This document shows positions 1 through 14,030 of a stretch of 52,784 bases of DNA, in pieces. This DNA is from Pseudomonadota bacterium (GTDB lineage Bacteria; Pseudomonadota; Alphaproteobacteria; SMXQ01): contig JADFJG010000010.1 in the NCBI GenBank assembly GCA_022566265.1, positions 1-52,784 of the forward strand, in the 5' to 3' direction. Every line of letters starts with the position of its first letter. Position 1 is the stretch's first letter. Both the position numbers and the translations under genes were made by a program. The notes beneath the pieces were generated by a model, which had not been told where the DNA came from, searched no databases, and saw only the letters and a program-made list of their open reading frames with translations.

Positions 1-424
1 CGTCGTCGAGGAGCCCGTCGTCGTCGATGAACCCGTGGTTGCCGAGGAGCCCGTCATCGTCGAGGAAGGCAATCAGTCTCCCGTCGCCGATGCGGGATCG
101 GATTTTACCGCTGAAATTGAGGAAGGAAGATCAACCGATGTCACTCTTGATGGAAGCGGGTCCTTCGATCCAGATAGTCCCGTGGGTTACATAACATCAT
201 ACCAATGGAAAATTGCTGGCACAGTAGTCGGAGCAGGGCAGACTCCAACAATTGAATTGGAAAAGGGCATACACACCGTTATTTTGACCGTAGTAGATAA
301 TGAGGGCGCGGCGGATAGTCGTGATGTTATTGTTACCGTAACAGATAATGGCAAATCGGGAGGGGGTCATGGAAATGACAAACCTTGCAATTCAAAGAGT
401 CGCAAGTGCGTGTCTGAGTATTGA
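1..424 (+). CDS. PKD-domain secreted/surface protein, 3' end only (5' end lies outside the window)
   Basis: The frame is open from base 2, starting with an acidic VVEEPVVVDEPVVAEEPVIVEE repeat. PKD-type signature DGSGSFDPD..ITSYQW..HTVILTVVDNEGAADS..VTV. Stop TGA at 422-424. Bases ~100-420 are visibly AT-richer than the flanks. Confidence 0.7.
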   Translation, partial: VVEEPVVVDEPVVAEEPVIVEEGNQSPVADAGSDFTAEIEEGRSTDVTLDGSGSFDPDSPVGYITSYQWKIAGTVVGAGQTPTIELEKGIHTVILTVVDNEGAADSRDVIVTVTDNGKSGGGHGNDKPCNSKSRKCVSEY

Positions 425-635
425 TAGGCACTCGATGGGGTCAGCCCCCTCTCCGGCACCCGCGGCGGCCAGTTGGTGACGGTTCCGAGGCCGCGCCGCG
501 CCACCTCCCGAATGGTGATCCTGAAGGTCGCGATATCGGGATCGCGGATACGGTCGATCAGGCGGGCCTCGGGATCGAAGAGGAGTGGCGCACGCCGCCG
601 CCCAACCGGCTTCGGCGGGGCTTTCGCGGACCTAG

Positions 636-670
636 TTTGTAAATAACAAACGGCGGTCCTGAAGACCGCC
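636..670 (-). terminator. Rho-independent-type terminator downstream of tRNA-Lys
   Basis: Stem GGCGGTC (652-658) / GACCGCC (664-670) with a 5-nt loop. On the minus strand it is followed by GTTTGTTATTT. Confidence 0.5.
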
Positions 671-688
671 TAACCGCCTCCCCGGGAA

Positions 689-765
689 TGGCGCGCCCGG
701 AAGGATTTGAACCTTCGACCTGCGGATTAAAAGTCCGTTGCTCTGCCAGACTGAGCTACGGGCGC
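689..765 (-). tRNA. tRNA-Lys (anticodon UUU)
   Basis: The reverse complement reads GCGCCCGTAGCTCAGTCTGGCAGAGCAACGGACTTTTAATCCGCAGGTCGAAGGTTCAAATCCTTCCGGGCGCGCCA. Acceptor GCGCCCG/CGGGCGC, anticodon loop CTTTTAA, T-loop GGTTCAAATCC, encoded CCA. Confidence 0.9.
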
Positions 766-900
766 GATGGGGGGCGGCTCAACATATGGTGGGCGCGCAT
801 GCCCGGTCAATAGGCCCTATTCTTGATTGAATCCGGTGCCGCGAGCGGCGGCACAAACGCTAGCCGACGACCGGTCGTCTTGGTTAGCCGATGATGCCCG

Positions 901-1444
901 TCAGCCCTTGCCGGCCGGGCGCGCGGGCCGGAGCACCGCGCCCTCTCCCTCGCCGCCGGCGAGCCTTGCCGTGACGCCGACGGCGACCCGGGCCGAGACG
1001 AACTGGGTGATGTCGCCGCCGAGTTCGGCGATCTCCTTCACCAGCTTGGACGAGATGAACTGGTACCTGTCCGACGCCATCAGGAACACGGTCTCGATCT
1101 CCGGGTTGAGGCGCGCGTTCATCCCCACCATCTGGAACTCGTACTCGAAATCGGAAACCGCGCGCAGGCCGCGGATGATGACCGTGGCGCCGATCGACTG
1201 GGCGAAGCTCACCAGCAGGTTGTCGAAGGGGATGATCTCGATCTGTTCGCTGTATTCGGCTCCCAGCGCCGAGACCTCCTGCTTGACGAGATCGAGGCGT
1301 TCGGCGGCGTCGAACAACGGGGTCTTGCCGGCGTTCTCGGCGACGGCGACGACGAGGTGGTCCACCACCTTGGTGGCCCGGCGTATGATGTCGGCATGGC
1401 CGTTGGTGATGGGGTCGAAGGTGCCGGGATAAACGCCGGTGCGT

Positions 1445-1455
<11 letters not shown>
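901..1455 (-). CDS. coaD: Phosphopantetheine adenylyltransferase
   Basis: N-terminal [18 protein letters not shown] nucleotidyltransferase motif. ATG at 1453-1455. Its start overlaps the gyrA stop by 11 nt. Confidence 0.9.
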
Positions 1456-4324
<2,869 letters not shown>

Positions 4325-4517
4325 GAGTTTCTGCCCACGGGTTCAGGTTGTTATCGGGTCGGATTCAGGCACGAAAACAGTGGATCGGCGAAACAGCTGG
4401 ATGACGGCGCATCATGACACCCGCGGCGGCCCGGGAACGACCCCGGGGGACCCACGAGCTTTTTCAAAATATAGCAGGTTGGCCGTTCGCTAACAACAAT
4501 ATAGTGTGGAATTGAGG

Positions 4518-4982
4518 CTAGAAAGGTATCTCGTCGTCGAGGTCGGTTTGGCCGCTTTCAGGGGTCTGGGCGGCGGCGGGTTCGGCCGGGGAAACATCGC
4601 CCGCGCCGGCGACCGGAGCGGCCGAATCGGCGCGTGAATCGAGCATCGTAAGCTCGCCCCGGAAACGTTGCAGGACGACTTCGGTGCTGTATTTTTCCTG
4701 GCCCGACTGGTCGGTCCATTTGCGGGTCTGGAGCTGACCCTCGATATACACCTTGGAGCCCTTCCTCAGATATTGTTCGGCGATATCGCCGAGGTGGTCG
4801 TTGAAGATCACCACCCGGTGCCATTCGGTGCGCTCGCGGCGCTCGCCCGAATTTTTATCGCGCCAGGTCTCGGAGGTGGCGAGCGACAGATGGACGATCT
4901 TTTTGTTGTCCTGGGTACGGCGGACCTCCGGGTCGCGGCCCAGATTGCCGATGAGGATGACCTTGTTTACGCTGCCAGCCAT
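4518..4982 (-). CDS. ssb: Single-stranded DNA-binding protein
   Basis: [23 protein letters not shown]-fold N-terminus and acidic C-terminal tip DDEIPF. I trimmed the 203-aa maximal ORF to the internal ATG at 4980-4982. Confidence 0.93.
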   Translation of the reverse strand: MAGSVNKVILIGNLGRDPEVRRTQDNKKIVHLSLATSETWRDKNSGERRERTEWHRVVIFNDHLGDIAEQYLRKGSKVYIEGQLQTRKWTDQSGQEKYSTEVVLQRFRGELTMLDSRADSAAPVAGAGDVSPAEPAAAQTPESGQTDLDDEIPF

Positions 4983-5052
4983 GGAGTTTCCCTTGAACGA
5001 GTTTTTCCGGCCCATCACTTTACACCCAAAGCCGCCAACGGACCACCGCTTT

Positions 5053-5112
5053 GGTGTAGGATCGGGCGGCGATGGAGCGAAGGTGTGTAGGATCGGGCGG
5101 CGATGGCGCGAA
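5053..5112. repeat. Tandem ~30-bp duplication in the ssb/uvrA divergent intergenic region
   Basis: Unit A is GGTGTAGGATCGGGCGGCGATGGAGCGAA and unit B is GGTGTGTAGGATCGGGCGGCGATGGCGCGAA. They share a perfect 22-mer, GTGTAGGATCGGGCGGCGATGG, at 5054-5075 and 5085-5106. Confidence 0.9.
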
Positions 5113-5128
5113 TCGGCGGTAGACCCCA

Positions 5129-7996
<2,868 letters not shown>

Positions 7997-8003
7997 GGTC
8001 ACA

Positions 8004-9404
8004 ATGGGGCGCCAAACGAAACCGGTCCACGTCATCGGCGGCGGGCTTGCCGGGTCGGAGGCGGCGTGGCAGTTGGCCAAGGCCGGCGTCCCGGTGACGC
8101 TGCACGAGATGCGCCCGGTCAGGGGCACCGAGGCGCACCTGACCGACAGGCTCGCCGAGCTCGTCTGTTCCAACTCGTTCCGCTCCGATGACGCCGAGAA
8201 CAACGCCGTCGGGCTGTTGCACGAGGAGATGCGCCGCGCCCGCTCCCTCATCATGGCGGCGGCGGACGCCAACCAGGTGCCGGCGGGAGGGGCGCTGGCG
8301 GTCGACCGGGAAGGTTTCGCCGACGCCGTCGAGGCGGCGCTGATCGGCGAGCCGCTCGTCGCCATCGAGCGCGGCGAGATCGCCGGCCTGCCACCGGCCG
8401 AGTGGTCCTCGGTGATCGTCGCCACCGGCCCCCTCACCTCGCCGGCGCTGGCCGAGGCCATCCGGGCGCTGACGGGCGAGGAATCCCTCGCCTTCTTCGA
8501 CGCCATCGCGCCGATCGTCTATAAGGACAGCATCGATTTCACCAAGGCCTGGTTCCAGTCCCGCTACGATAAGGTTGGCCCCGGCGGCGACAAGGCGGCC
8601 TACATCAACTGTCCCCTGGACGAGGCGCAATACCACGCCTTCATCGACGCCTTGATCGCGGCTACGAGGACCGAATTCAAGGAATGGGAGAGCGCGACGC
8701 CCTATTTCGAGGGCTGCCTGCCGATCGAGGTGATGGCGGAGCGCGGCCCGATGACCCCGGCCTTCGGGCCGATGAAGCCGGTCGGCCTGACCGACCCGAA
8801 TACCGGCAAGCGGGCATTCGCCGTCGTCCAGCTTCGCCAGGACAACGCCATCGGCACGCTCTACAACATGGTCGGTTTCCAGACCAAGCTGAAATACGCC
8901 GAGCAGTCCAGAGTCTTCACCACCATCCCGGGGCTGGAGAAGGCGCGCTTCGCGCGTCTCGGCGGCATCCACCGCAACACCTTCCTCAACGCGCCCAAGC
9001 TGCTCTCCCCGACGCTGCGCCTCAAGGTCGATGAAAGGCTCCGCTTCGCCGGCCAGATCACCGGCGTCGAGGGCTACGTCGAGTCCGCCGCCATGGGGCT
9101 GCTGGCCGGCCGCTTCGCCGCCGCCGAGATCGGCGGCGGGATACCATCGACGCCGCCGGCGAGCACCGCCATGGGGGCGTTGCTCAACCACATCACCGGC
9201 GGCCATCTCGGCGCCGAAACGGTCGAGAGCGCGCCTCGAAGCTTCCAGCCGATGAACGTCAATTTCGGCCTCTTCCCGCCCTTGATCGAGACCCCCGACA
9301 AGGGGCGGCCCCTGAAGGGCCGGGCGCGCAAGCAGGCGATGGCCCGGCGCGCCCTTGGCGATCTCGACGCCTGGCTCGGCGCCAACCGGGCGGCGGCGGA
9401 ATAG
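8004..9404 (+). CDS. trmFO: Methylenetetrahydrofolate--tRNA-(uracil-5-)-methyltransferase
   Basis: N-terminal FAD fold [18 protein letters not shown] and Gid/TrmFO-like sequence throughout (~466 aa). Confidence 0.92.
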   Translation: MGRQTKPVHVIGGGLAGSEAAWQLAKAGVPVTLHEMRPVRGTEAHLTDRLAELVCSNSFRSDDAENNAVGLLHEEMRRARSLIMAAADANQVPAGGALAVDREGFADAVEAALIGEPLVAIERGEIAGLPPAEWSSVIVATGPLTSPALAEAIRALTGEESLAFFDAIAPIVYKDSIDFTKAWFQSRYDKVGPGGDKAAYINCPLDEAQYHAFIDALIAATRTEFKEWESATPYFEGCLPIEVMAERGPMTPAFGPMKPVGLTDPNTGKRAFAVVQLRQDNAIGTLYNMVGFQTKLKYAEQSRVFTTIPGLEKARFARLGGIHRNTFLNAPKLLSPTLRLKVDERLRFAGQITGVEGYVESAAMGLLAGRFAAAEIGGGIPSTPPASTAMGALLNHITGGHLGAETVESAPRSFQPMNVNFGLFPPLIETPDKGRPLKGRARKQAMARRALGDLDAWLGANRAAAE

Positions 9405-9510
9405 GCCGGGCGTTGGCCCCTAGAAAAGAACAAGCGCGGAAACAAGAATGACGAGGACGGCGCCCTGCGCATTGTCAATGAGGCCTTTGGCGGCGCGGTT
9501 GACTTCAGGA

Positions 9511-10224
9511 CTATTTCAGGGTTTTTAAATAGGCGATAATGTCGGCTCGCATTTTGGCGCTTTTAACGCCAGGGAATTTTGCCTTGGTTCCTTTGATAAA
9601 TTGTTCCGGGTTGGCCAAAAACTCGATTAGATTTGCGTCAGTCCAAGTAAGACCCGACTCCAACAAGGCTTTCGAATAATTATATCCCTCAACGGCACCC
9701 GCAGCCTTGCCATAAACGCCAAAAAGAGTGGGGCCAAATACAATTTTCCCACCCTTATCGAAGCTATGGCAGACTTTGCATTGATTAACCGCAGCGACTT
9801 TGCCCTTGGCTGCGTCGCCCATGCCCATCGGTTTTAGCTCTGTGTTCGTCAATGTTTTGAAATAAGCGAGAAGGTCCGCTCTTTGCGTGGATTTTTTTAG
9901 GCCAAAAAAGCTCATCTTCGTGCCTTTAATAAATTTTTTCGGTCTGGTCATAAATTCTGTAAAAGCTGCTTCGTCCCAGATAATTCCAGACGACGCCATG
10001 GCCTTCGAATACTTGTAGCCTTTAACGGAAGCGGCGAAACTGCCCAAGATACCGAACAGGTTCGGGCCGAGCTTGTTTTTTCCACCCTCTTCCAAGGTGT
10101 GGCAAGGTGTACATTTTTTTGCTAAGCGTTTGCCCTTGGCAATATCCCCCGCCGCCATCGCCCCGGATGCAGCGATAAAGACGACAATCGCCGCGCAAGG
10201 GGAAATCAAGTTTGTGAATTTCAC
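9511..10224 (-). CDS. Dihaem class-I cytochrome c (two tandem mitochondrial/c2-type domains), periplasmic
   Basis: Two CxxCH motifs (CTPCH, CKVCH). Both halves align by eye to cytochrome c (GPNLFG.., ..PKKFIKGTKMSF). Start set at GTG 10222-10224, preceded by AGGAGG (10230-10235). Signal-peptide-like N-terminus. Low GC. Confidence 0.85.
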   Translation of the reverse strand: MKFTNLISPCAAIVVFIAASGAMAAGDIAKGKRLAKKCTPCHTLEEGGKNKLGPNLFGILGSFAASVKGYKYSKAMASSGIIWDEAAFTEFMTRPKKFIKGTKMSFFGLKKSTQRADLLAYFKTLTNTELKPMGMGDAAKGKVAAVNQCKVCHSFDKGGKIVFGPTLFGVYGKAAGAVEGYNYSKALLESGLTWTDANLIEFLANPEQFIKGTKAKFPGVKSAKMRADIIAYLKTLK

Positions 10225-10302
10225 TGCGACCTCCTGACTTGCTAACGCAGTCAATCAAACATTTCTGGAGAACAATCCGATTTCATCATGTTGGGGCCGA
10301 AT

Positions 10303-11448
10303 TTACCGAATGGGGCCTGGTTTTTTGATTTGCATCATCAGATCGTTGTCCCAAATGCCATCGACCTCAAAGTGAGCCGCCGCTCCTTTAAGGAGAGCCT
10401 CAATAAGGTTGTGGTTGACGTAGGCGTATATCCCCGGCTGTTTAAACGTATAGGTTGCCGCACCCGCGGCGCCACCCGCGATAAACCAGGTTTCCAGCCC
10501 CGTTTGCGGATCGTCCGTAAACGAGCCCGTGGACCAGACGTTATCGCCGTGCCCGCCGATCAGATGCGGGCGCGTATCGCGATTGGCTTGGGAATGAACG
10601 ATCATGACCGTCTCGCCAACTTTCGCCTTTAGGGAATTGGCGCCAGTCAGCGCTCCGATCGCGCCATTGAAAACAATATGGCTGGGCGTTAGCGTGGCCA
10701 TAACCTCCATTGAATCGGCATAGTCTTCGCCAGCGCTCTCGTATTTTTTGTATTCTCCGTCTTCATCCTTGGCCAAGTAGTAGTCCTGTTCGCCGATATA
10801 ATAAATCCGGTCATACCGAATAGGTTTTCCGTCTTTTCCCTTGAGGCCATCGCGCGGCAAAACCATGATGGCGCCGTTCATGCCATGGACCACATGGTAC
10901 GGGATCATCACGCCGCCAGGAGCGCAGTGATAAACAAATACGCCAGGCTTCGTCGCCTTAAAGCGCAAAACAGCTTCTTCACCGGGTGAAACAAGCGTCA
11001 ACGCACCTCCGCCAAGAGCTCCCGTGGCGGCGTGAAAATCGATGTTGTGTTCCATGGCGCTCGTATCGGGGTTAACCAGCGTCAGTTCGACGTAGTCGCC
11101 TTCATGTACGACAATCAGTGGACCGGGAACCGAACCATTAAATGTCAACGCCCAGATTTCAGCGCCGTCTTCATCAAGAACCATAATTTTTTCTTCGATG
11201 ACCAAACGAATTTCGACGACCTTTGGGCCGCCCTTGGCAACCTGCTGATGTTTGGGCGCAAATGGCGGCGGGACCAATTCCTGCCTCACTCGGGGCAGGT
11301 CCGCCATTTGGCTGGCCGAATCCGGGGTGGCGGCATGGGCGAATGACGCGCCCAGTTTGGCTGCCAACAATCCGGAGCCGACGGCGGTTGCACCTGAAAG
11401 GAAATTTCTACGAGAGACACCTTGTCGATCTCCATCCAACTGGTTCAT
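10303..11448 (-). CDS. nirK: Copper-containing nitrite reductase
   Basis: Tat signal [13 protein letters not shown]. Copper-ligand motifs [10 protein letters not shown] and [23 protein letters not shown] at 11446-11448 with GGAG 6 nt upstream. Low GC. Confidence 0.93.
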   Translation of the reverse strand: MNQLDGDRQGVSRRNFLSGATAVGSGLLAAKLGASFAHAATPDSASQMADLPRVRQELVPPPFAPKHQQVAKGGPKVVEIRLVIEEKIMVLDEDGAEIWALTFNGSVPGPLIVVHEGDYVELTLVNPDTSAMEHNIDFHAATGALGGGALTLVSPGEEAVLRFKATKPGVFVYHCAPGGVMIPYHVVHGMNGAIMVLPRDGLKGKDGKPIRYDRIYYIGEQDYYLAKDEDGEYKKYESAGEDYADSMEVMATLTPSHIVFNGAIGALTGANSLKAKVGETVMIVHSQANRDTRPHLIGGHGDNVWSTGSFTDDPQTGLETWFIAGGAAGAATYTFKQPGIYAYVNHNLIEALLKGAAAHFEVDGIWDNDLMMQIKKPGPIR

Positions 11449-11677
11449 TTGCTTCTCCAATCAACGAAAATTTCCTAACCCGACATTTCGCGGATAACCT
11501 ACGAATTCATGGTAATCGTACCAAGATTGCAACGCCGTTGGAATGGTTGTCCTCCGTAGCCTTCCAGATAACCCGATTTTCGTCGGTTGGCAGTGTCCAG
11601 AAGGTCATTTGTCCACATTTTTCGTCAGCCAGACGCACCTCTCCCATCGTTTTTACCTCGCCGTGGATTTCCTCGGC

Positions 11678-11818
11678 CTACGCCGGAACGGGTCTTCGTC
11701 GTAGATCATCTATCAGGCCCGAGATTTTCTGGAACAAGCTTCTCGGCACGGCAACCTCGGCCAAGAGGAATACGACGGTGGCGAGAAGGATGAACAGGAA
11801 CGCCACGACGATCGACAT
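11678..11818 (-). CDS. Possible 46-aa single-pass membrane peptide (below the ORF-track size cut-off)
   Basis: My own translation is MSIVVAFLFILLATVVFLLAEVAVPRSLFQKISGLIDDLRRRPVPA. ATG at 11816-11818 is preceded by GGGAAAGAG. GC3 is about 86% over the first 35 codons. It lies 46 nt downstream of, and co-directional with, the preceding gene. Confidence 0.35.
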   Translation of the reverse strand: MSIVVAFLFILLATVVFLLAEVAVPRSLFQKISGLIDDLRRRPVPA

Positions 11819-11863
11819 GTCTCTTTCCCTATGCGCCGTTATCGGTCCGGGGCAGGTCGAACC

Positions 11864-12754
11864 CTAGAACCGCTTGAGCATCACGGCGACGGCGAGGCGG
11901 ATGAGCTTGATTGGTCTGGCGATCTCGAGCCCGGGCGCGAACAGGTCATAGTCATGCGCGTGAAGGCGCCCCAGATAGCCGTTCGCGAGAATCCCCGGCA
12001 GATAGGCCGGAAGGAACCGGACCAGGGTCTTCTTCTTGAATTCGCTCCTGAAATTCCGCGCCCCGACCAGATGATCCTTGGCCAGCGCGGCGATCTCCTT
12101 GGCCACCCGGGCAAGCGCCTTCCTGGTGTCCGAGGAACTCGATCTGTGGCTGGAGAGCCGCACATTGAACACATCCTCCGGCGCCAGGCCCACCTTCGCC
12201 AGCTCCTCGACGGGCAGGAAGGTGCGCTTCTTGCGGGCGTTGAAGGCGGTGGCGCGAAGCTGACCGATGAGGCCCCAGGCGACGCCGATATGGCGTCCGG
12301 CGGCATGGGCGGCGGCGCCGCGTTCGGCCAGGACCTCGAGCGCCAGACTGACGAGCGGCGTCGACGTGGCGTCGGCATAGGATTCCAGCGCCGCCAGATT
12401 CCCCGGCCTCCGGTCTTCGACATCGAAGGCCCGGCCGTCGATCAGGCGATCGAAATGAGAACGGCCGAGAGCGAAACGTTCGACCGCCTCGCCAAGCGCC
12501 ACCGCCACCTGATGCCGCGGATTGCCGCCGGCATATAGGGTGTCCAGGGTCTCGCGCCACCATTGCAGGCGGATGTGCCCCGAGAGCGGCTCGGAGATGA
12601 CGTCGCGGATCTTGGCGATCTCCTGGTTGAAGGCGTAGACCGCCATGAGGCCGGCGCGCGCGGTCTCGGGCGCGAACATGGCGCAGAGGTAGCGGTCGTA
12701 ATCATGCGCCCTTACCAGTTGGGCGCAAAAGGAATGCGCGGATTCGATGGACAT
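11864..12754 (-). CDS. Squalene/phytoene synthase family protein (bacterial NDUFAF6-like subgroup)
   Basis: LMAVYAFNQEIAKIRDVISEPLSGHIRLQWWRE.. resembles the alphaproteobacterial SQS/PSY-fold protein normally found near the DUF498/secDF cluster. Confidence 0.8.
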   Translation of the reverse strand: MSIESAHSFCAQLVRAHDYDRYLCAMFAPETARAGLMAVYAFNQEIAKIRDVISEPLSGHIRLQWWRETLDTLYAGGNPRHQVAVALGEAVERFALGRSHFDRLIDGRAFDVEDRRPGNLAALESYADATSTPLVSLALEVLAERGAAAHAAGRHIGVAWGLIGQLRATAFNARKKRTFLPVEELAKVGLAPEDVFNVRLSSHRSSSSDTRKALARVAKEIAALAKDHLVGARNFRSEFKKKTLVRFLPAYLPGILANGYLGRLHAHDYDLFAPGLEIARPIKLIRLAVAVMLKRF

Positions 12755-12806
12755 TGTGTGTCATATATAGCCGGTTCTCGAAGGGTGCCCAATATCGACC
12801 GGTGAC

Positions 12807-13739
12807 GTGGCTTACTTCAATTCCAAGGACGCGCCGCTCCTCCTCGGCGTTCGTATCGAAGAGCCGGCGATTGCTCCAGCCGCGGGCCGGGACGGGACTT
12901 CTCCGATCCATGGATCGGCGGTTCCCTCGCGCCTCATAGCCGGGCGATTTCATGGCCCCATCGCCGCCTTTTACCGCCTGGCGCTGCTCGCCCACGGGAT
13001 CGCCGGCGATCCGGACTTGAGCGCCCGGTCCAAGAGCGCGCGCATCGCCGCGCTGAGATCGGCGCTCGAGGGGCGCGAGGGGGGGAACCCGCAAGACCGG
13101 TCGAGCGATATCCCGGCGGCGTTTTTGGAAGCGGCCAGGGCGCTCGGTCGGTTAAGCGAGGAACGCGCCATCCCCGCCCTTCATGCCCGCCTCGTGCTCG
13201 AGGCCTGCCAACTGGAGGCGGTGAAGGATCGCTACCGGGACTGGAGCGAACTTCTCTCATATCTCCGCTTCAAGGCGGCGCCGGCGGCACGGTTCATGCT
13301 CGAACTCCATGGCGAGTCGCGATCGGGCCTGGCGCCGGCGGAGGCGCTTTGCATGGCCTCGCATATGGTCCATCTTCTCAACAACTGCCGGGGCGATTAT
13401 CTCGAACGCGGCCGCGTCTACCTGCCCCAGAGCTGGTTCACCGGCGCCAACGCCGAGGCCGGAGCGCTCGGCGGGAGCTCGGCCGCGCCCGAGCTCCGCG
13501 CCGTGTTCGATCAGGCCTCGGCGGCAATCGCCGGTTTGCTGAGGACGGCGGCGCCCGTCGTCGGCTCGATCGACGACCGGGGCCTGCGGATGGAGGCGGC
13601 GCTGATGCTGAGCCGCACCGAGAGGCTGGCGGCGAAACTCGCCCGCCGCGACCCGCTACGCCGGCCGGTGACGCTTTCGGGCCTTGAGCGGCTGAGCGCC
13701 GGGCTTAGCGGCGCCATCCGTGGGATCCTTCGGCGGTGA
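12807..13739 (+). CDS. Squalene synthase HpnC-like protein; Asp-rich motifs appear degenerate; start uncertain
   Basis: ..VPSRLIAGRFHGPIAAFYRLALLAHGIAGDP.. and ..LLNNCRGDYLERGRVYLPQSWF resemble the SQS/PSY family framework. GTG start taken from the ORF track. Confidence 0.65.
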   Translation: MAYFNSKDAPLLLGVRIEEPAIAPAAGRDGTSPIHGSAVPSRLIAGRFHGPIAAFYRLALLAHGIAGDPDLSARSKSARIAALRSALEGREGGNPQDRSSDIPAAFLEAARALGRLSEERAIPALHARLVLEACQLEAVKDRYRDWSELLSYLRFKAAPAARFMLELHGESRSGLAPAEALCMASHMVHLLNNCRGDYLERGRVYLPQSWFTGANAEAGALGGSSAAPELRAVFDQASAAIAGLLRTAAPVVGSIDDRGLRMEAALMLSRTERLAAKLARRDPLRRPVTLSGLERLSAGLSGAIRGILRR

Positions 13740-13918
13740 ATGTCGGCTCGACCCCTTTCGGCCGGCATCGGCGCGCGATCATCCTTGCGCGCCGGCGGCG
13801 CCGCGAGTAAAAGTGATTGATTCCAGTTTGCAAATCCGTGGCATCCACCGCTCCGGGCGCACTCGGTCGCCGAGTGCCAGGATGCTTACGAAATCCGTAA
13901 CCGAGGAGGGGGGTAAGA

Positions 13919-14011
13919 ATGAAAAATCCGCTTTTGACCCTGCAAGGCACGATCATCGCCGGGATCGTCATTACCGTCGTGATGGTCCTCATCGTCAAAC
14001 TGTCGTTCTGA
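13919..14011 (+). CDS. 30-aa hydrophobic micropeptide (below the ORF-track size cut-off)
   Basis: My own translation is MKNPLLTLQGTIIAGIVITVVMVLIVKLSF. A strong [13 protein letters not shown], ends 6 nt before the ATG. GC3 is about 80%. The stop lies 19 nt before the next gene. Confidence 0.45.
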   Translation: MKNPLLTLQGTIIAGIVITVVMVLIVKLSF

Positions 14012-14030
14012 TTTTCAGGGAGGAAAGGCA

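Noticed and set aside
378-690. A stop-free minus-strand frame between tRNA-Lys and the PKD gene (..KPVGRRRAPLLFDPEARLIDRIRDPDIATFRITIREVARRGLGTVTNW..). It vaguely resembles the HTH N-terminus of IS3/IS66-type OrfA or a resolvase HTH.
   Set aside because: There is no ATG, GTG or TTG start giving a sizeable product, and the frame runs into the tRNA and its terminator. A stop-free stretch of about 300 nt is unremarkable at this GC content, and the resemblance is only pattern-level. At most it is a decayed relic, and that needs a database search.
4983-5128. Search for an SOS/LexA operator (alphaproteobacterial GTTC-N7-GTTC) in the ssb/uvrA spacer.
   Set aside because: Only one good half-site is present: GTTCAAGGGAAACTC on the minus strand, with two mismatches in the second half. 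This is not enough to call.
11449-11680. Search for an FNR/NnrR/FixK box (TTG-N8-CAA) or an NsrR site upstream of nirK. Only a small palindrome, CAACG-C-CGTTG (11530-11540), and a weak TTGGCAGTGTCCAG were noted.
   Set aside because: No match is better than half of the consensus, and the 11-bp palindrome is too short to be meaningful on its own.
13740-13918. A possible riboswitch or leader in front of the micropeptide/HemJ-PuuD-like unit. It contains a perfect 8-bp hairpin, GCACTCGG-TCG-CCGAGTGC (13859-13877).
   Set aside because: I recognise no known riboswitch consensus (guanidine, fluoride, purine, Mn) in this stretch. The hairpin has only a 3-nt loop and no U-tract. It is left as an unexplained structure.
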